NCBI GenBank assembly: GCA_043803945.1
Contig: JAZDJN010000056.1
Location: forward strand, 24,258-88,257
DNA: 64,000 nucleotides
From: a bacterium
GTDB taxonomy: Bacteria; Bacteroidota; Ignavibacteria; UBA10030
Direction: 5' to 3'
In this document: piece by piece, positions 29,138 to 39,195 of the stretch
How the letters are laid out: every line of letters begins with the position of its first letter
Numbering within the stretch: the stretch's first letter is position 1
Program-made: the position numbers and the translations under genes
The notes under the pieces: generated by a model
Database searches by the model: none
What the model saw: the letters and a program-made list of their open reading frames with translations, nothing else
Told to the model about the DNA's origin: nothing

Positions 29138-32131
29138 TCAAAATTCAAATGACAGTCCGACAAAGAACGATCGCGGTGCATTATCGTACAGCAGGAACGA
29201 GTGATCCACGGCGAACGCGCCTCCAAGATTCTGATCATCCCAGTAGAGTACGCCATTATTCGGATCATTGAATGCATAAGTGGAGTACCTCCGAGTAGCC
29301 TCATTCTGATCAATCTTGTTCGCCGTATTGAACAAATACGAATAGTTGAAAATTTTAGTGCTGAACAAATTAAACACTTCGACATAGAGCGTTGCAGAGA
29401 CCCCGATGAGGTTTTTCATAGCCTTCGAAACTCGGAGATTTGTGTTATATTCAGTCGGTGAACGAAGGCCGTTCACGTCGCTCGCATCATCGGGCGAAGT
29501 GTAAGGACGTCCGCTGCGGCCAAACGAATTGATCGAGATGACCATGCTTTCTAAAGGATGGAGACCTCCTATGTCGGGACCGAATTGCTCAGGCGTCATG
29601 TATGCAATATTGACGATGACATTGTGCGTCCGGTCAAAGTTCAACAGCACATCCTTGATCGGAACTTTCGACACCACATCCGTCGAAATGACACCTGAGA
29701 GATTCTTAGTAATTGCCATGGGAGCGTTCGACGAGGAAGAGCTCTTTCCAGTCGCCACGCTGAATTGATAGTTGATCGATCCTGTAATGGCACCTCTCCT
29801 TTTTGCCAGTGAGACCCGGAAACCACGAACGTCTGCGTAGTCTCTATTAAAGAAGGAGTAGTAGCTTGTACCAGTCGAAAGGTTTGTGAAGACCGCTTGT
29901 TCGATCAGATCCTTGATGTCTTTGTAATAGCCGCTGACATCAAGTGTAAATCCCGCATCTAATCCTTGCATGAGACCGATATCGTACTGATTCGTCACCT
30001 GCGGCTTGAGCCTCGGATTGCCCAGGCTTGAGACCGAAGCAGGAGATGGCGGGGGCGGCATTTTCTGTGTCGAGCCGATGACATTTTGAAATGAGGGCCG
30101 CTGCATAAACGTTCCATAGTTCAGGTGGAAGACTGTCCCCACCGAAACGGGAAATGAAACACCGACGCGAGGCTGCAGCCGGGCAATGGGTTTGGATTTT
30201 ACTTTTGGAGCCAGGTTGGCGTCATAGTTCAGCGTCGGTCTGCCCAATGAATCGCGCAGGACGAATGGATCGAACTCATCGAAATAGTACTCATTATTGG
30301 AGTCCCACACATCCCAGCGCATGCCGACATTGGCAATCATCCCCTCGAATTCCATCTTATCCTGAACGTAGAGTCCCAGTTCATAGGGCTGTCCTGTATA
30401 TTTTGTTACTGAGATGCTGCCCTTCGATTTGATATTCCCCACATTATCGCGGCTAATTTCATAATAGTTCGCCTGAATACCCGTATTGAGGAGATGGGAC
30501 TTCGTCACCTGACTGGTAATCGATGCATCCAGGGATGCAGTAAAAGTTTTATCATTGGTAAAATTACCCAGAGTATTTGCGAGGTAAAAGAATGTCTTAC
30601 CGACCATGTTCTGGTAGTACATGAAATTCATCTCTCGAGTAATAATAGCCGTGCCGGTTTCTGTATTGCGTACCTGATCAGAGACCGTGTCGTACCACGG
30701 AGACGTACCCAGCCTGTTTGTTGTCCGCAGAGTGTTCAATTTAATTTCATAGAAGGTGCTCGGACTGACCGCCTGCGTAAACCGGGCTCCAAGCTGAAGG
30801 TTGGTTCGTTCCTGATACGCGATTCCCAGAATCCTGTCCCAGGTCCATTGATAGAATCCTGTTCCGCCTCCTAAGATATTGTCAAATTCGTACTGATAGC
30901 CGCCGCTCAGTCTGAGTGCGGCACTCGCACCCAGGTCGAATACAATATTTCCCATCACCTGTTGCTGCTTGTTCGGCTCTTCAGTCATAACGATGGAATT
31001 GTCATTCTCCGAGCGAAGGGCGAGAAAAGCCGTTACCCCTGAGGCGAGCGGACCGCCGAAGGCGCCTTCAATACTATAGTCAATTTGCGATTTCCAGTAT
31101 TTGCTGTTCAAGTCTTTTGCTGTCGCACTTTTCCAAAGAGTCTGTGCAGCCTGGAGCATGACCGTCGAATCACCGCCGAAGTCCGAAGCAGTCCATCCAA
31201 GAATCGATTTATATCCTGTTGTTGCATCTCCATTCTTCCAGAAGTTCGGATCGGCAAGCTTTTGGAGGTAGGGCTGTGCGTTTTCGTCGTAGACGCTGGG
31301 GCCGAAATATTTTAACCCGGGTGCTCGCGCCCGCACCTCAAACTTCGAACGCCATTTATCCGACTTTCCTTCTTTCATGGTTATGTTGACCACACCCGAT
31401 TGTGCATTTCCATACTGGGCGCCAAAACCGCTGGTAATCACCTCTACTTCTTCGACAGCGCTCATAATTGGTCTGAAGGCGGCGGAGGCATCGAGCGGAT
31501 TTGTGATTCCCATGCCCTGTAACATGTAATACTCTTCATTGGCGCGGCCGCCGCGAAAGTGACCGTCGGTAATATCTGCCGCTAAACCAATAACATCGTT
31601 CACGTCCCTCATACCCGCGAGCGCCTGCACTTCATCACCGCGGATGATTGTACTCGTGGACGTTTTTTCCCGTTCCACATCCGGGCGTGTTGCCTGAATG
31701 ATCACCGCTTCCTTCTCAACCGCTGATGATTTCAATTTGAAGTCTGCGTTGGTGGTTCGTCCGGAATTTACGATAAGGTCACGCTGGACAACTTTTTCAT
31801 AACCGATGATGGAAGCCTGCAGGTCGTACTTCCCGGGCGGGATATTGAGAATAAAGTAGGTTCCTTCCACGTCTGTCACTGCTCCCAGTTTTGTACCGAG
31901 GAGCATGACATTCGCACCAATCAACGATTCTCCAGTATCAGCATCCTTAATGCTTCCCGACAACTTTCCGGCAGTTTGCGCCGTCAACATATTCAACGCA
32001 AAAAGAACCAGGAGAACAACACTGAAAATCTTAATGACTCTCCATGGTAATACTTGAGGTTGTACATACGATGGCTGCAATTTTTTCTTGCACCCCGCAT
32101 GCACTGATTGCAGGTAAGGATTCTTTGTCAT
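29138..32131 (-). CDS. TonB-dependent receptor (Ignavibacteria/Calditrichaeota-like type, non-SusC)
   Basis: GKLSGSIKDADTGESLIGANV...IPPGKYDL N-domain, HFRGGR, EVITSGFGAQYGNAQSGVVN plug, YVQDKMEF, LQPRVGVSFP, GNPRLKP, C-terminal APRSFFVGLSFEF. SD AAGGAG. Confidence 0.93.
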   Translation of the reverse strand: MTKNPYLQSVHAGCKKKLQPSYVQPQVLPWRVIKIFSVVLLVLFALNMLTAQTAGKLSGSIKDADTGESLIGANVMLLGTKLGAVTDVEGTYFILNIPPGKYDLQASIIGYEKVVQRDLIVNSGRTTNADFKLKSSAVEKEAVIIQATRPDVEREKTSTSTIIRGDEVQALAGMRDVNDVIGLAADITDGHFRGGRANEEYYMLQGMGITNPLDASAAFRPIMSAVEEVEVITSGFGAQYGNAQSGVVNITMKEGKSDKWRSKFEVRARAPGLKYFGPSVYDENAQPYLQKLADPNFWKNGDATTGYKSILGWTASDFGGDSTVMLQAAQTLWKSATAKDLNSKYWKSQIDYSIEGAFGGPLASGVTAFLALRSENDNSIVMTEEPNKQQQVMGNIVFDLGASAALRLSGGYQYEFDNILGGGTGFYQWTWDRILGIAYQERTNLQLGARFTQAVSPSTFYEIKLNTLRTTNRLGTSPWYDTVSDQVRNTETGTAIITREMNFMYYQNMVGKTFFYLANTLGNFTNDKTFTASLDASITSQVTKSHLLNTGIQANYYEISRDNVGNIKSKGSISVTKYTGQPYELGLYVQDKMEFEGMIANVGMRWDVWDSNNEYYFDEFDPFVLRDSLGRPTLNYDANLAPKVKSKPIARLQPRVGVSFPVSVGTVFHLNYGTFMQRPSFQNVIGSTQKMPPPPSPASVSSLGNPRLKPQVTNQYDIGLMQGLDAGFTLDVSGYYKDIKDLIEQAVFTNLSTGTSYYSFFNRDYADVRGFRVSLAKRRGAITGSINYQFSVATGKSSSSSNAPMAITKNLSGVISTDVVSKVPIKDVLLNFDRTHNVIVNIAYMTPEQFGPDIGGLHPLESMVISINSFGRSGRPYTSPDDASDVNGLRSPTEYNTNLRVSKAMKNLIGVSATLYVEVFNLFSTKIFNYSYLFNTANKIDQNEATRRYSTYAFNDPNNGVLYWDDQNLGGAFAVDHSFLLYDNAPRSFFVGLSFEF

Positions 32132-32221
32132 TTGCGCTCCTTATCAATTGATGACAAGTATCGGTTAAATGCTCTCTTCGTTTTATCACTCACAAATTGA
32201 TGGAAAAACTTCTCATCAGAC

Positions 32222-33763
32222 TTATTTTGAATTTCTCGAACTCGATTGATAGGTTAGACGAACATTGATCATCGTCAAGTCTTTGACATTCTCGAGCACA
32301 TTCGGTTCGGCAACATTGTTGAAGGTGCAATTCTCCAGGGAAATTTTCGTTGCCGGAGAGCGATCGTAGGCCCGGATCCAAATACCAAATCGACTTTTGC
32401 TGCAAACCACATTTCTGACATCAATATTGCGGACGATGGGGGTAAAATTCCCCTTCTCTCCTTCTTCATAATAGAAATCAATTTTTACCACAGCTTCAGC
32501 AACCTGCCCGACAGTTACGTTTCGCATATAAATATTCTCGATCACTCCGCCGCGTACGGCATTCGTCTTAATCCTAAGCACCCTATCGAGATTGGGACTG
32601 TCCATGGAACAATCTTCTGCATAAACATTCCTGACACCGCCACTTATTTCACTGCCGATAACCACACCGCCATGGCCATTCTTCATGAAACATCCCTGGA
32701 TGATAATGTTCTTGCTGGGAGCATTCACCCGCCTGCCATCGTTGTTTCTGCCCGATTTGATGGCGATACAATCATCACCATTGTTGAACTTGCAATTCTT
32801 GATGAGAACGTCCGTGCAGGATTCCGGATCGCAGCCATCGTTGTTCGGACCCTGGCCTTCTGTCGTTACACCGAGAATTGTAACATTCCGACATAACACA
32901 GGGTGAAGAAACCACATCGGTGAATCCTTAAACGTCACACCCTCGACCAGCACATTCTTACAGCGTACTGGCGTAAAAAAATTGGGGCGCAGATATGAGC
33001 CTTCGCCGAACACCCTCTGCGGTACCGGAACACCCTCTTCTCCCATTGCCCCCAGTTTTTTGCGGGCTTCATTTTGATTCTGTTTGTTCGCGCCGGTTTC
33101 CTTACTCCCTTTCCAACTCCACCAGTTTTCAACTGCACCCTGACCGTCGAGAATTCCTTTTCCCGTAACAGCAATATTCTCCTGCTCGAACGCATAAATC
33201 AATGCCGAATAATTCATGCATTCGATTCCTTCCCAACGAGTAAAGACCAACGGGAGATACTTTTGGGATTCGGTGCTGAATTTGAGAATTGATCCTTCTG
33301 CGAGATGAAGATTGACATTACTTTTCAGGTGTATCGAACCGGTGAGATAGACTCCTTTCGGAATCACCACACGGCCTCCCTTTTCTTTTGAACACTTCTC
33401 GATTGCTTGTGCTATCGCCGCACTGCAATCTGTGACACCATCTCCCTTAGCACCGAATGCGGTGATCTCATAATCTTTTTTGGGAAACACTGGAGCAGTA
33501 ATACGCTTGAGGATCGCCGGAACGACATCCCACCCCTGCAGTTTCGAACTGTGCTGCTGCGCTTGGAGCGGAATCAGGAAAACAAGGGAGAGAAGAAGAG
33601 AAAGAAGAAGGGAGAGCACATGGATTGGGATTGTTGAATGGGTGTGCGGGATGTGGAATGTTTTCATCTCCGCAGTACACCAACGTATTGTATTTGGTTT
33701 CTCGGTCATTGATGGTAAGACGCTGAAATTGTGCAACGGATAAAAATGTTTTACTCGGATCAT
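32222..33763 (-). CDS. Glycoside hydrolase family 28 (exo-polygalacturonase-like)
   Basis: FGAKGDG, GVYLTGSIHLKSNVNL, TRWEG, PNNDGCDPES, GDDCIAIKSG, GHGGVVIGSE, RIKTN. Exact start uncertain. Confidence 0.95.
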   Translation of the reverse strand: MIRVKHFYPLHNFSVLPSMTEKPNTIRWCTAEMKTFHIPHTHSTIPIHVLSLLLSLLLSLVFLIPLQAQQHSSKLQGWDVVPAILKRITAPVFPKKDYEITAFGAKGDGVTDCSAAIAQAIEKCSKEKGGRVVIPKGVYLTGSIHLKSNVNLHLAEGSILKFSTESQKYLPLVFTRWEGIECMNYSALIYAFEQENIAVTGKGILDGQGAVENWWSWKGSKETGANKQNQNEARKKLGAMGEEGVPVPQRVFGEGSYLRPNFFTPVRCKNVLVEGVTFKDSPMWFLHPVLCRNVTILGVTTEGQGPNNDGCDPESCTDVLIKNCKFNNGDDCIAIKSGRNNDGRRVNAPSKNIIIQGCFMKNGHGGVVIGSEISGGVRNVYAEDCSMDSPNLDRVLRIKTNAVRGGVIENIYMRNVTVGQVAEAVVKIDFYYEEGEKGNFTPIVRNIDVRNVVCSKSRFGIWIRAYDRSPATKISLENCTFNNVAEPNVLENVKDLTMINVRLTYQSSSRNSK

Positions 33764-33877
33764 TTGGGCTCCACCGTACGTGTAATTAAATCCTGGTGTT
33801 CAGCAGAAGCGAAAGAATTCACTTCCTTGGTCCTCAGTCGATCAAATCTTGAGTTGGAGGTGCAATTTACTTAATCG

Positions 33878-33899
33878 ATAGCTTTATCGGTAAAGCTAT
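33878..33899. promoter_or_regulatory. LacI-type operator candidate overlapping the -10/+1 of the pectin-locus promoter
   Basis: ATAGCTTTA-TCGG-TAAAGCTAT: perfect 9-bp arms with a central CG, typical of LacI-family operators. Confidence 0.7.
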
Positions 33900-33926
33900 T
33901 GTACAGAAATAATTGAAATCTGTCAA
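33898..33926 (-). promoter_or_regulatory. Sigma70-type promoter heading the pectin/hexuronate locus
   Basis: Minus strand TTGACA (33926-33921), exactly 17 nt spacer, TACAAT (33903-33898). Confidence 0.75.
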
Positions 33927-34231
33927 GAAAAATATTTTCTGCAAGCACAGATGAGCAACAATCATGAAATCGTTTCGGTTACCATCTCGCCCTCAGCGTC
34001 TCAAGGGAAATTGTGAACGAAAAAGAATACTGAGAATCAATCTCTGCCCAAGCAATAAAAAGCTTGTAAAAAAAGTTGAGTGAAATAACTGTTGAAATTC
34101 TTCAAAATTTCTAAATTCTTACCTGTCAGGAATAGGAATCTCCAGGACTCGATTGGTTTGCATTCAAGAAAAAAACTCTTACAATGCACTCATCGTACCA
34201 CAGTCCTGAACATTTGAATAAGGATTACACT

Positions 34232-35152
34232 ATGGCAACACCTGAGTTTGTGTTTTTCGATGGCAAGATTATCCCTTATACAGAGGCCAAAGTAGGCATT
34301 CTCACCCATGGATTAAACTACGGCACCGGAGTATTTGGAGGAATCCGGGGATACTGGAACAATGAAGAGCAGCAACTCTTTATTTTCCGTCCTCTGGACC
34401 ATTACAAGCGTTTCTTAGAATCGACAAGGCTGATGAGAATGGAATTATCGTATACAAAAGAGGAGTTAGTCCAACATACCATAGACGTTGTTCGAAAGCA
34501 TAACTATCGAGAAGATTGCTATATCCGCCCTCTCGCATTCTATGGTGACGAAATTATCGGCGTACGGCTTCATAACCTGACACCACGGCTGGCAATCGCC
34601 GCCGTTCCATTCGGGCGATACATTGACAAGGAAGAGGGTGCCCATGTGACAATTTCCTCTTGGTGGCGTGTCGACGATAATATTATTCCGGCACGAGGAA
34701 AAATCGCAGGGGCTTATGTGAATTCCGCATTGGCAAAAACCGATGCGCAACTCTCCGGTTTTGATGAGGCCATCGTGCTCAACCACAGCGGCCATGTCTC
34801 CGAGGGCTCAGCGGAGAATATCTTTCTCATCAAAAATGGTGTTCTCGTTACTCCCTCGGTGACAGAGAATATTCTTGAAGGTATTGTGCGAAGAACACTG
34901 ATTCATTTGTTCAAGGAAGATCTGGGACTTCAAGTTGTTGAGAGGTCAATCGACCGGACAGAACTTTTTCTGGCAGACGAAGTTTTCTTCGCCGGCACAG
35001 GAGTCCAGATTGTGGCAATCACCCAAATTGATCATCGTAAAATCGGTGATGGTGTAATTGGGGAAATTACTTCAACACTCCGCGATTTGTATTTTAATAT
35101 TGTACGGGGGAAAGTTAAGAAATATCGAGATTGGTGTTTACCTGTGTACTAA
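34232..35152 (+). CDS. ilvE: Branched-chain amino acid aminotransferase
   Basis: HGLNYGTGVFGGIRGY, CYIRP, GKIAGAYVNS, GFDEA, SEGSAENIF, ILEGI, ADEVFFAGTG. Start placed at MATPEF (SD AAGGA). Confidence 0.95.
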   Translation: MATPEFVFFDGKIIPYTEAKVGILTHGLNYGTGVFGGIRGYWNNEEQQLFIFRPLDHYKRFLESTRLMRMELSYTKEELVQHTIDVVRKHNYREDCYIRPLAFYGDEIIGVRLHNLTPRLAIAAVPFGRYIDKEEGAHVTISSWWRVDDNIIPARGKIAGAYVNSALAKTDAQLSGFDEAIVLNHSGHVSEGSAENIFLIKNGVLVTPSVTENILEGIVRRTLIHLFKEDLGLQVVERSIDRTELFLADEVFFAGTGVQIVAITQIDHRKIGDGVIGEITSTLRDLYFNIVRGKVKKYRDWCLPVY

Positions 35153-35182
35153 TTCTCTTATCTTTTTGAATATGCCTACCTC

Positions 35183-35215
35183 AGGGTCGGAGTTTATCTC
35201 TGACCCTTTTCTTTT
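35183..35215 (+). terminator. Rho-independent terminator after ilvE
   Basis: AGGGTCGGAG-TTTAT-CTCTGACCCT hairpin followed by TTTCTTTT. Confidence 0.7.
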
Positions 35216-35462
35216 ACCATCGACCAATTAGTGTCTCGACTCACAAATATCTTGAATAAGCCCCAAGGTCTCAATAGAATTTCCCTTCCTGGAGCCAGCG
35301 TGCCGGGCCATACGATTTGGTCCGGAATTCATGCTCTTTAAAAATACGGTCAACCGTGAGCAACGATGGATTCGTTGCTTGCCCTCGCAACACTGGAGTT
35401 GCAATAAGGAACAGGAAGAAAAGAAAAAGTCTCTTTTTCATAAAGCCCATCGAGGCTGAGTG

Positions 35463-36860
35463 TTAGTGTGCCTGTGCGGTGTAATGCTCGATCATTTGCT
35501 GAATTGCGATCTGACAAACAAGGCAAAATTCATTCTTCGGGTGCGAAATCATGATGCAGTACACCATCGGTCGGAATAATCCTTTCGATGAATACCCGGC
35601 ACCTTCAAAGACACCGACCTTATCGTTCAAGGGTGAGTATTGTTTCCGAATAGATTGAATCTTCTCTTCAATCTCCTTTGCCTTATCACGATTGTTCCGG
35701 CGTTCTTCCTGAAGGGCTTCTATTTCATCCTTTCCATACTTTGTCGGAATATCGATCCCGGGTGAGAGTTGTTCCTGCCATTTCACATGGGTGGGATCCA
35801 GCAACGCCGTGATGTTCGGTTCCAGGGGTTCGACTCCTTTAGGATACAGATCGTTGTAGGCAACATCGGAGGTGTAGTATTCATCAGCAAGTCCGGCAAA
35901 GGAATGGCCAAATTCATGAATCATCACCATCTTGCTCGCATTATTGTCCGCTGTGGATATTGCATAATCGCCATAAATTCCCCCGCCGCCATATCGTTTA
36001 CTGTTTACAATAATAACTATGGCATCACAAGGAACCTGCGAAGCAACATCATGAATGCGGCGATTTTCTTCCGTCAACATATAGCGATCGGTATCAAACG
36101 CATTGAACGATGCGTTGAAGGTGGTCTTCTTAAATTTTCCCTGTCTGGGTTCATCCATCGCGCTTTCGGCCGATGGGCGGAGCACACCAAACACATTAAA
36201 CTTTGCTTTAGCACTTTTATACGGTTCGACTTCAAAAAGGTATCCCATCATCCGGTCAACATCTGCCTTGAATTTATCCTTCTCCGATGCCGTATATCCC
36301 TCACCAAGCAGTACCAGATCAACATGCTGTTTCGGATCGCCATTATTCAATGCGGTATAGATGTAGTCATTCGGCTCCATGCTTTCTTTGAGAATGTGGT
36401 AATCCGCTGGATCAATGGTGATTGTAAAAACCGGGGAAAGCAAATTCTTCTTGTCGCGGCTTTCGAGAACGAACTGGACCGACCGTTTCGGAAACGGAAT
36501 CCGTACCGACTTATCATACACCCGTTTTACACCATTGAGAGCCGGTGTCGTTGTTCGATATTCGGCGAAGATGGAGCTAAAGCTCTTTGTAAATATGAGC
36601 TGATTGGAGGCGACATCAACCACCTTGAGAACATAGGGACCATAGTTATACGGTTCAATCAACCCTGCAGGATTTTCAGACCATATCCCCTCCTGCTTGA
36701 TACGATCGACTGTAACAATCTGCTCCTTCGCATCACCGGTAAAAAAGAGATCGATACGCATTGTTCGATCGAGAAAAAAGGTGTTAAAATCAGGCTTACT
36801 CTGACTCAATACAACAATATGAGAAAGAACGAGGAAGAGGAAAAGAATCAGTTGTTTCAT
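35463..36860 (-). CDS. Peptidase M64 (IgA peptidase family), secreted
   Basis: RTMRIDLFFTG N-domain, LGEGYT, YGGGGI, HEFGHSFAGLADEY zinc motif, FEGAGY, CIM...FCLVC. Confidence 0.92.
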   Translation of the reverse strand: MKQLILFLFLVLSHIVVLSQSKPDFNTFFLDRTMRIDLFFTGDAKEQIVTVDRIKQEGIWSENPAGLIEPYNYGPYVLKVVDVASNQLIFTKSFSSIFAEYRTTTPALNGVKRVYDKSVRIPFPKRSVQFVLESRDKKNLLSPVFTITIDPADYHILKESMEPNDYIYTALNNGDPKQHVDLVLLGEGYTASEKDKFKADVDRMMGYLFEVEPYKSAKAKFNVFGVLRPSAESAMDEPRQGKFKKTTFNASFNAFDTDRYMLTEENRRIHDVASQVPCDAIVIIVNSKRYGGGGIYGDYAISTADNNASKMVMIHEFGHSFAGLADEYYTSDVAYNDLYPKGVEPLEPNITALLDPTHVKWQEQLSPGIDIPTKYGKDEIEALQEERRNNRDKAKEIEEKIQSIRKQYSPLNDKVGVFEGAGYSSKGLFRPMVYCIMISHPKNEFCLVCQIAIQQMIEHYTAQAH

Positions 36861-36966
36861 ATGCTCCTCAATAAATCGTGTTCATTATCAAGATAAAAGA
36901 ACTGCAATACTGTTTTAGCGTGACGGATAATTTGCAAAATGTATTTGTGTGCATGATCTCAGATTG

Positions 36967-39195
36967 TTATTTCGTGATGACATCAAAGGCTCCATCCAAT
37001 CCCTCCTCGGAATTCGTTCCTATCCATACTTTAAACTTCCCCGGTTCAACAACGTATTGGAGTATTTGGTTGTGAAATCCGAGTTGTTGAGCAGCGAGAT
37101 GGAATATCACTTTTTTCGACTCACCCGCCTTCAATTCGACACTCTGGAATTCCTTCAACTCCTTTACCGGACGCGTCATACTCCCTGCAATATCCTGAAC
37201 ATAGAGCTGGACTGTTTCTTTTCCCGCTCGTACTCCGGTATTCTGCAGGATTACACTAATCGTGACTGAATCGGAGAGTTCTATCTTCTTACTGCTCAAT
37301 GCAAGATCGGCATAGCGAAAGCTGGTATAACTCAATCCATACCCAAAGGGGTAAAGCGGCGTTGTGGCAACATCAAGATATTTTGACGAAAACTTATCCT
37401 TTGTTGCAGGCCGACCCGTGTTCTTATGATTATAATAGAGCGGTACTTGTCCCACCGTCCGCGGCACTGTCACGGGCAGCTTTCCACTGGGATTGTAATC
37501 ACCAAACAAGACATCTGCGATAGCATGTCCCGCCTGCACTCCGCCGAACCACGTCTCAAGAATGGCCGAGACATTCTCAGTAATCCAGGGAATCGAAAGA
37601 GGCCGCCCGTTCATCAGCACAACGACAACGGGTTTTCCTGTGCCATGCAATGCTTTAACCAGCTCGAGTTGTTTTCCGGGCAGATCGAGCGATGAGCGGC
37701 TGGCAGCCTCTCCGCTCATATCACCTCGCTCACCCACAACGGCAAGAATAACATCGGCTTCTTGCGCCAGTCGAACCGCTGACTCTATCTCTCTTTCATC
37801 ATCGCCCTCAATTGCACAACCTTTTGCGTACAGTACGCGGGTCTTCTGAGAAACCGCTTCTTTAATGCCCTGAAGAAGTGTGACCACCTCTTCCGAACGG
37901 CCTTCACAGAACCAGGAGCCAAGCGGGTCAAGTTTACTGTCGGCAAGAGGTCCAATGACTACCAGAGTTGAAATCGATTTCGCCAGCGGCAATACACTGT
38001 TGGTGTTCTTAAGTAAGACGATTGATTCCCGCGCCATCTGGCGTGCGGTGTTGAGATGATCCGGATGAAGAATTTCTTTCTTCTCCAGATCAGGATTTGT
38101 ATACGGTGTATCGAATAAACCGCTTAAGAATTTTATTCTAAGAATTCTTCGAACCGCCTCATCGACAACCGCCATCGAAATCTGTTTCTTTTCAACCATC
38201 GCGGTGATGTGTTCCGCATAAATATCTCCCTCCATATCCATATCCACACCGGCGTTCAACGCTTTTTCTCCAGCCTCCGCCGGTGTTGCAGCAAACCCAT
38301 GGTTCACCAACTCTTTAATCGAAGCCCAGTCACTGACAACGAAGCCCTGGAAACCCCATTCATTTCTTAAGACTTTCTTTATTATAAACTCATTTGCTGA
38401 TGCAGGGATGCCGTTGAGGTCTTCAAATGCGCTCATGATGGTCCCTGCCCCTGCGTTCACTGCAGCCTGGAACGGCGGAAGGTAAATATCGTACAACGTT
38501 GATAGAGACATTTCAACTCCATTGTAATCCCGCCCTCCTTCAGCGCCGCCGTATCCGACATAATGCTTTGCACACGCGACGATTGATCCCTCGTCGCTCA
38601 TCGATGCGCCTTGGAATCCTTTCACCCGTGCTGCTGCCATCACCGAACCAAGGTAGGGGTCTTCGCCGGCTCCTTCCGAAATGCGTCCCCATCGAGGATC
38701 GCGTGCAATATCAAGCATCGGCGCAAAGGTCCAACGCGTACCGGATGCATATGCTTCACGAGCTGCTACCGATGCCGCTTTCTGAACAAGCTCAGGATTC
38801 CAAGATGCTGCCTCTGCCAGTGAGATTGGAAAGATTGTCCGGTACCCATGGATCACATCGTTGCCGAAGACAATTGGTATTCCCAACCGGGTCTTTTCAA
38901 CGGCGATCTTTTGAAGCTCATTCACGACAGCAACATTACGGACATTGAGGAACGAGCCGACCTTCCCTGCGGCAAGAAGTTTCTTCAAGTCCCCGGCTTC
39001 TCTTGCATTGAAAGAATATTGTGCCATCTGGCCGAGTTTTTCAGTCAGCGTCATTTGCTTTAAAAGTTTTTCGATTTTCTGTTCGACTGCATCCTGAGGT
39101 TTGAGAAGCTGGCCATACAGAAGACATTGGAAAAGCAGCAAGATTCCTACAACGCTCATACCTTTTCTCATACCGTGCTCTTTCATATTATTCAC
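36967..39195 (-). CDS. bglX: Beta-glucosidase/xylosidase, glycoside hydrolase family 3 (BglX-like)
   Basis: DVIHG, ARDPRWGR, GEDPYL, CAKHY, GFVVSDW, SGEAASR, PLYPFGYGLSY, C-terminal FN3-like domain. Confidence 0.92.
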   Translation of the reverse strand: MNNMKEHGMRKGMSVVGILLLFQCLLYGQLLKPQDAVEQKIEKLLKQMTLTEKLGQMAQYSFNAREAGDLKKLLAAGKVGSFLNVRNVAVVNELQKIAVEKTRLGIPIVFGNDVIHGYRTIFPISLAEAASWNPELVQKAASVAAREAYASGTRWTFAPMLDIARDPRWGRISEGAGEDPYLGSVMAAARVKGFQGASMSDEGSIVACAKHYVGYGGAEGGRDYNGVEMSLSTLYDIYLPPFQAAVNAGAGTIMSAFEDLNGIPASANEFIIKKVLRNEWGFQGFVVSDWASIKELVNHGFAATPAEAGEKALNAGVDMDMEGDIYAEHITAMVEKKQISMAVVDEAVRRILRIKFLSGLFDTPYTNPDLEKKEILHPDHLNTARQMARESIVLLKNTNSVLPLAKSISTLVVIGPLADSKLDPLGSWFCEGRSEEVVTLLQGIKEAVSQKTRVLYAKGCAIEGDDEREIESAVRLAQEADVILAVVGERGDMSGEAASRSSLDLPGKQLELVKALHGTGKPVVVVLMNGRPLSIPWITENVSAILETWFGGVQAGHAIADVLFGDYNPSGKLPVTVPRTVGQVPLYYNHKNTGRPATKDKFSSKYLDVATTPLYPFGYGLSYTSFRYADLALSSKKIELSDSVTISVILQNTGVRAGKETVQLYVQDIAGSMTRPVKELKEFQSVELKAGESKKVIFHLAAQQLGFHNQILQYVVEPGKFKVWIGTNSEEGLDGAFDVITK

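Noticed and set aside
29107-29385. Long apparent overlap of the CTD-protein ORF with the TonB receptor 3' end (also 24158-24241, 26739-26795, 8341-8427, 63478-63615)
   Set aside because: ORF-caller extensions to upstream starts. Downstream starts with SD and/or signal peptide remove the overlaps.
35769-36896. 375-aa plus-strand ORF
   Set aside because: Almost entirely antisense to the motif-bearing M64 peptidase; a codon-bias shadow.
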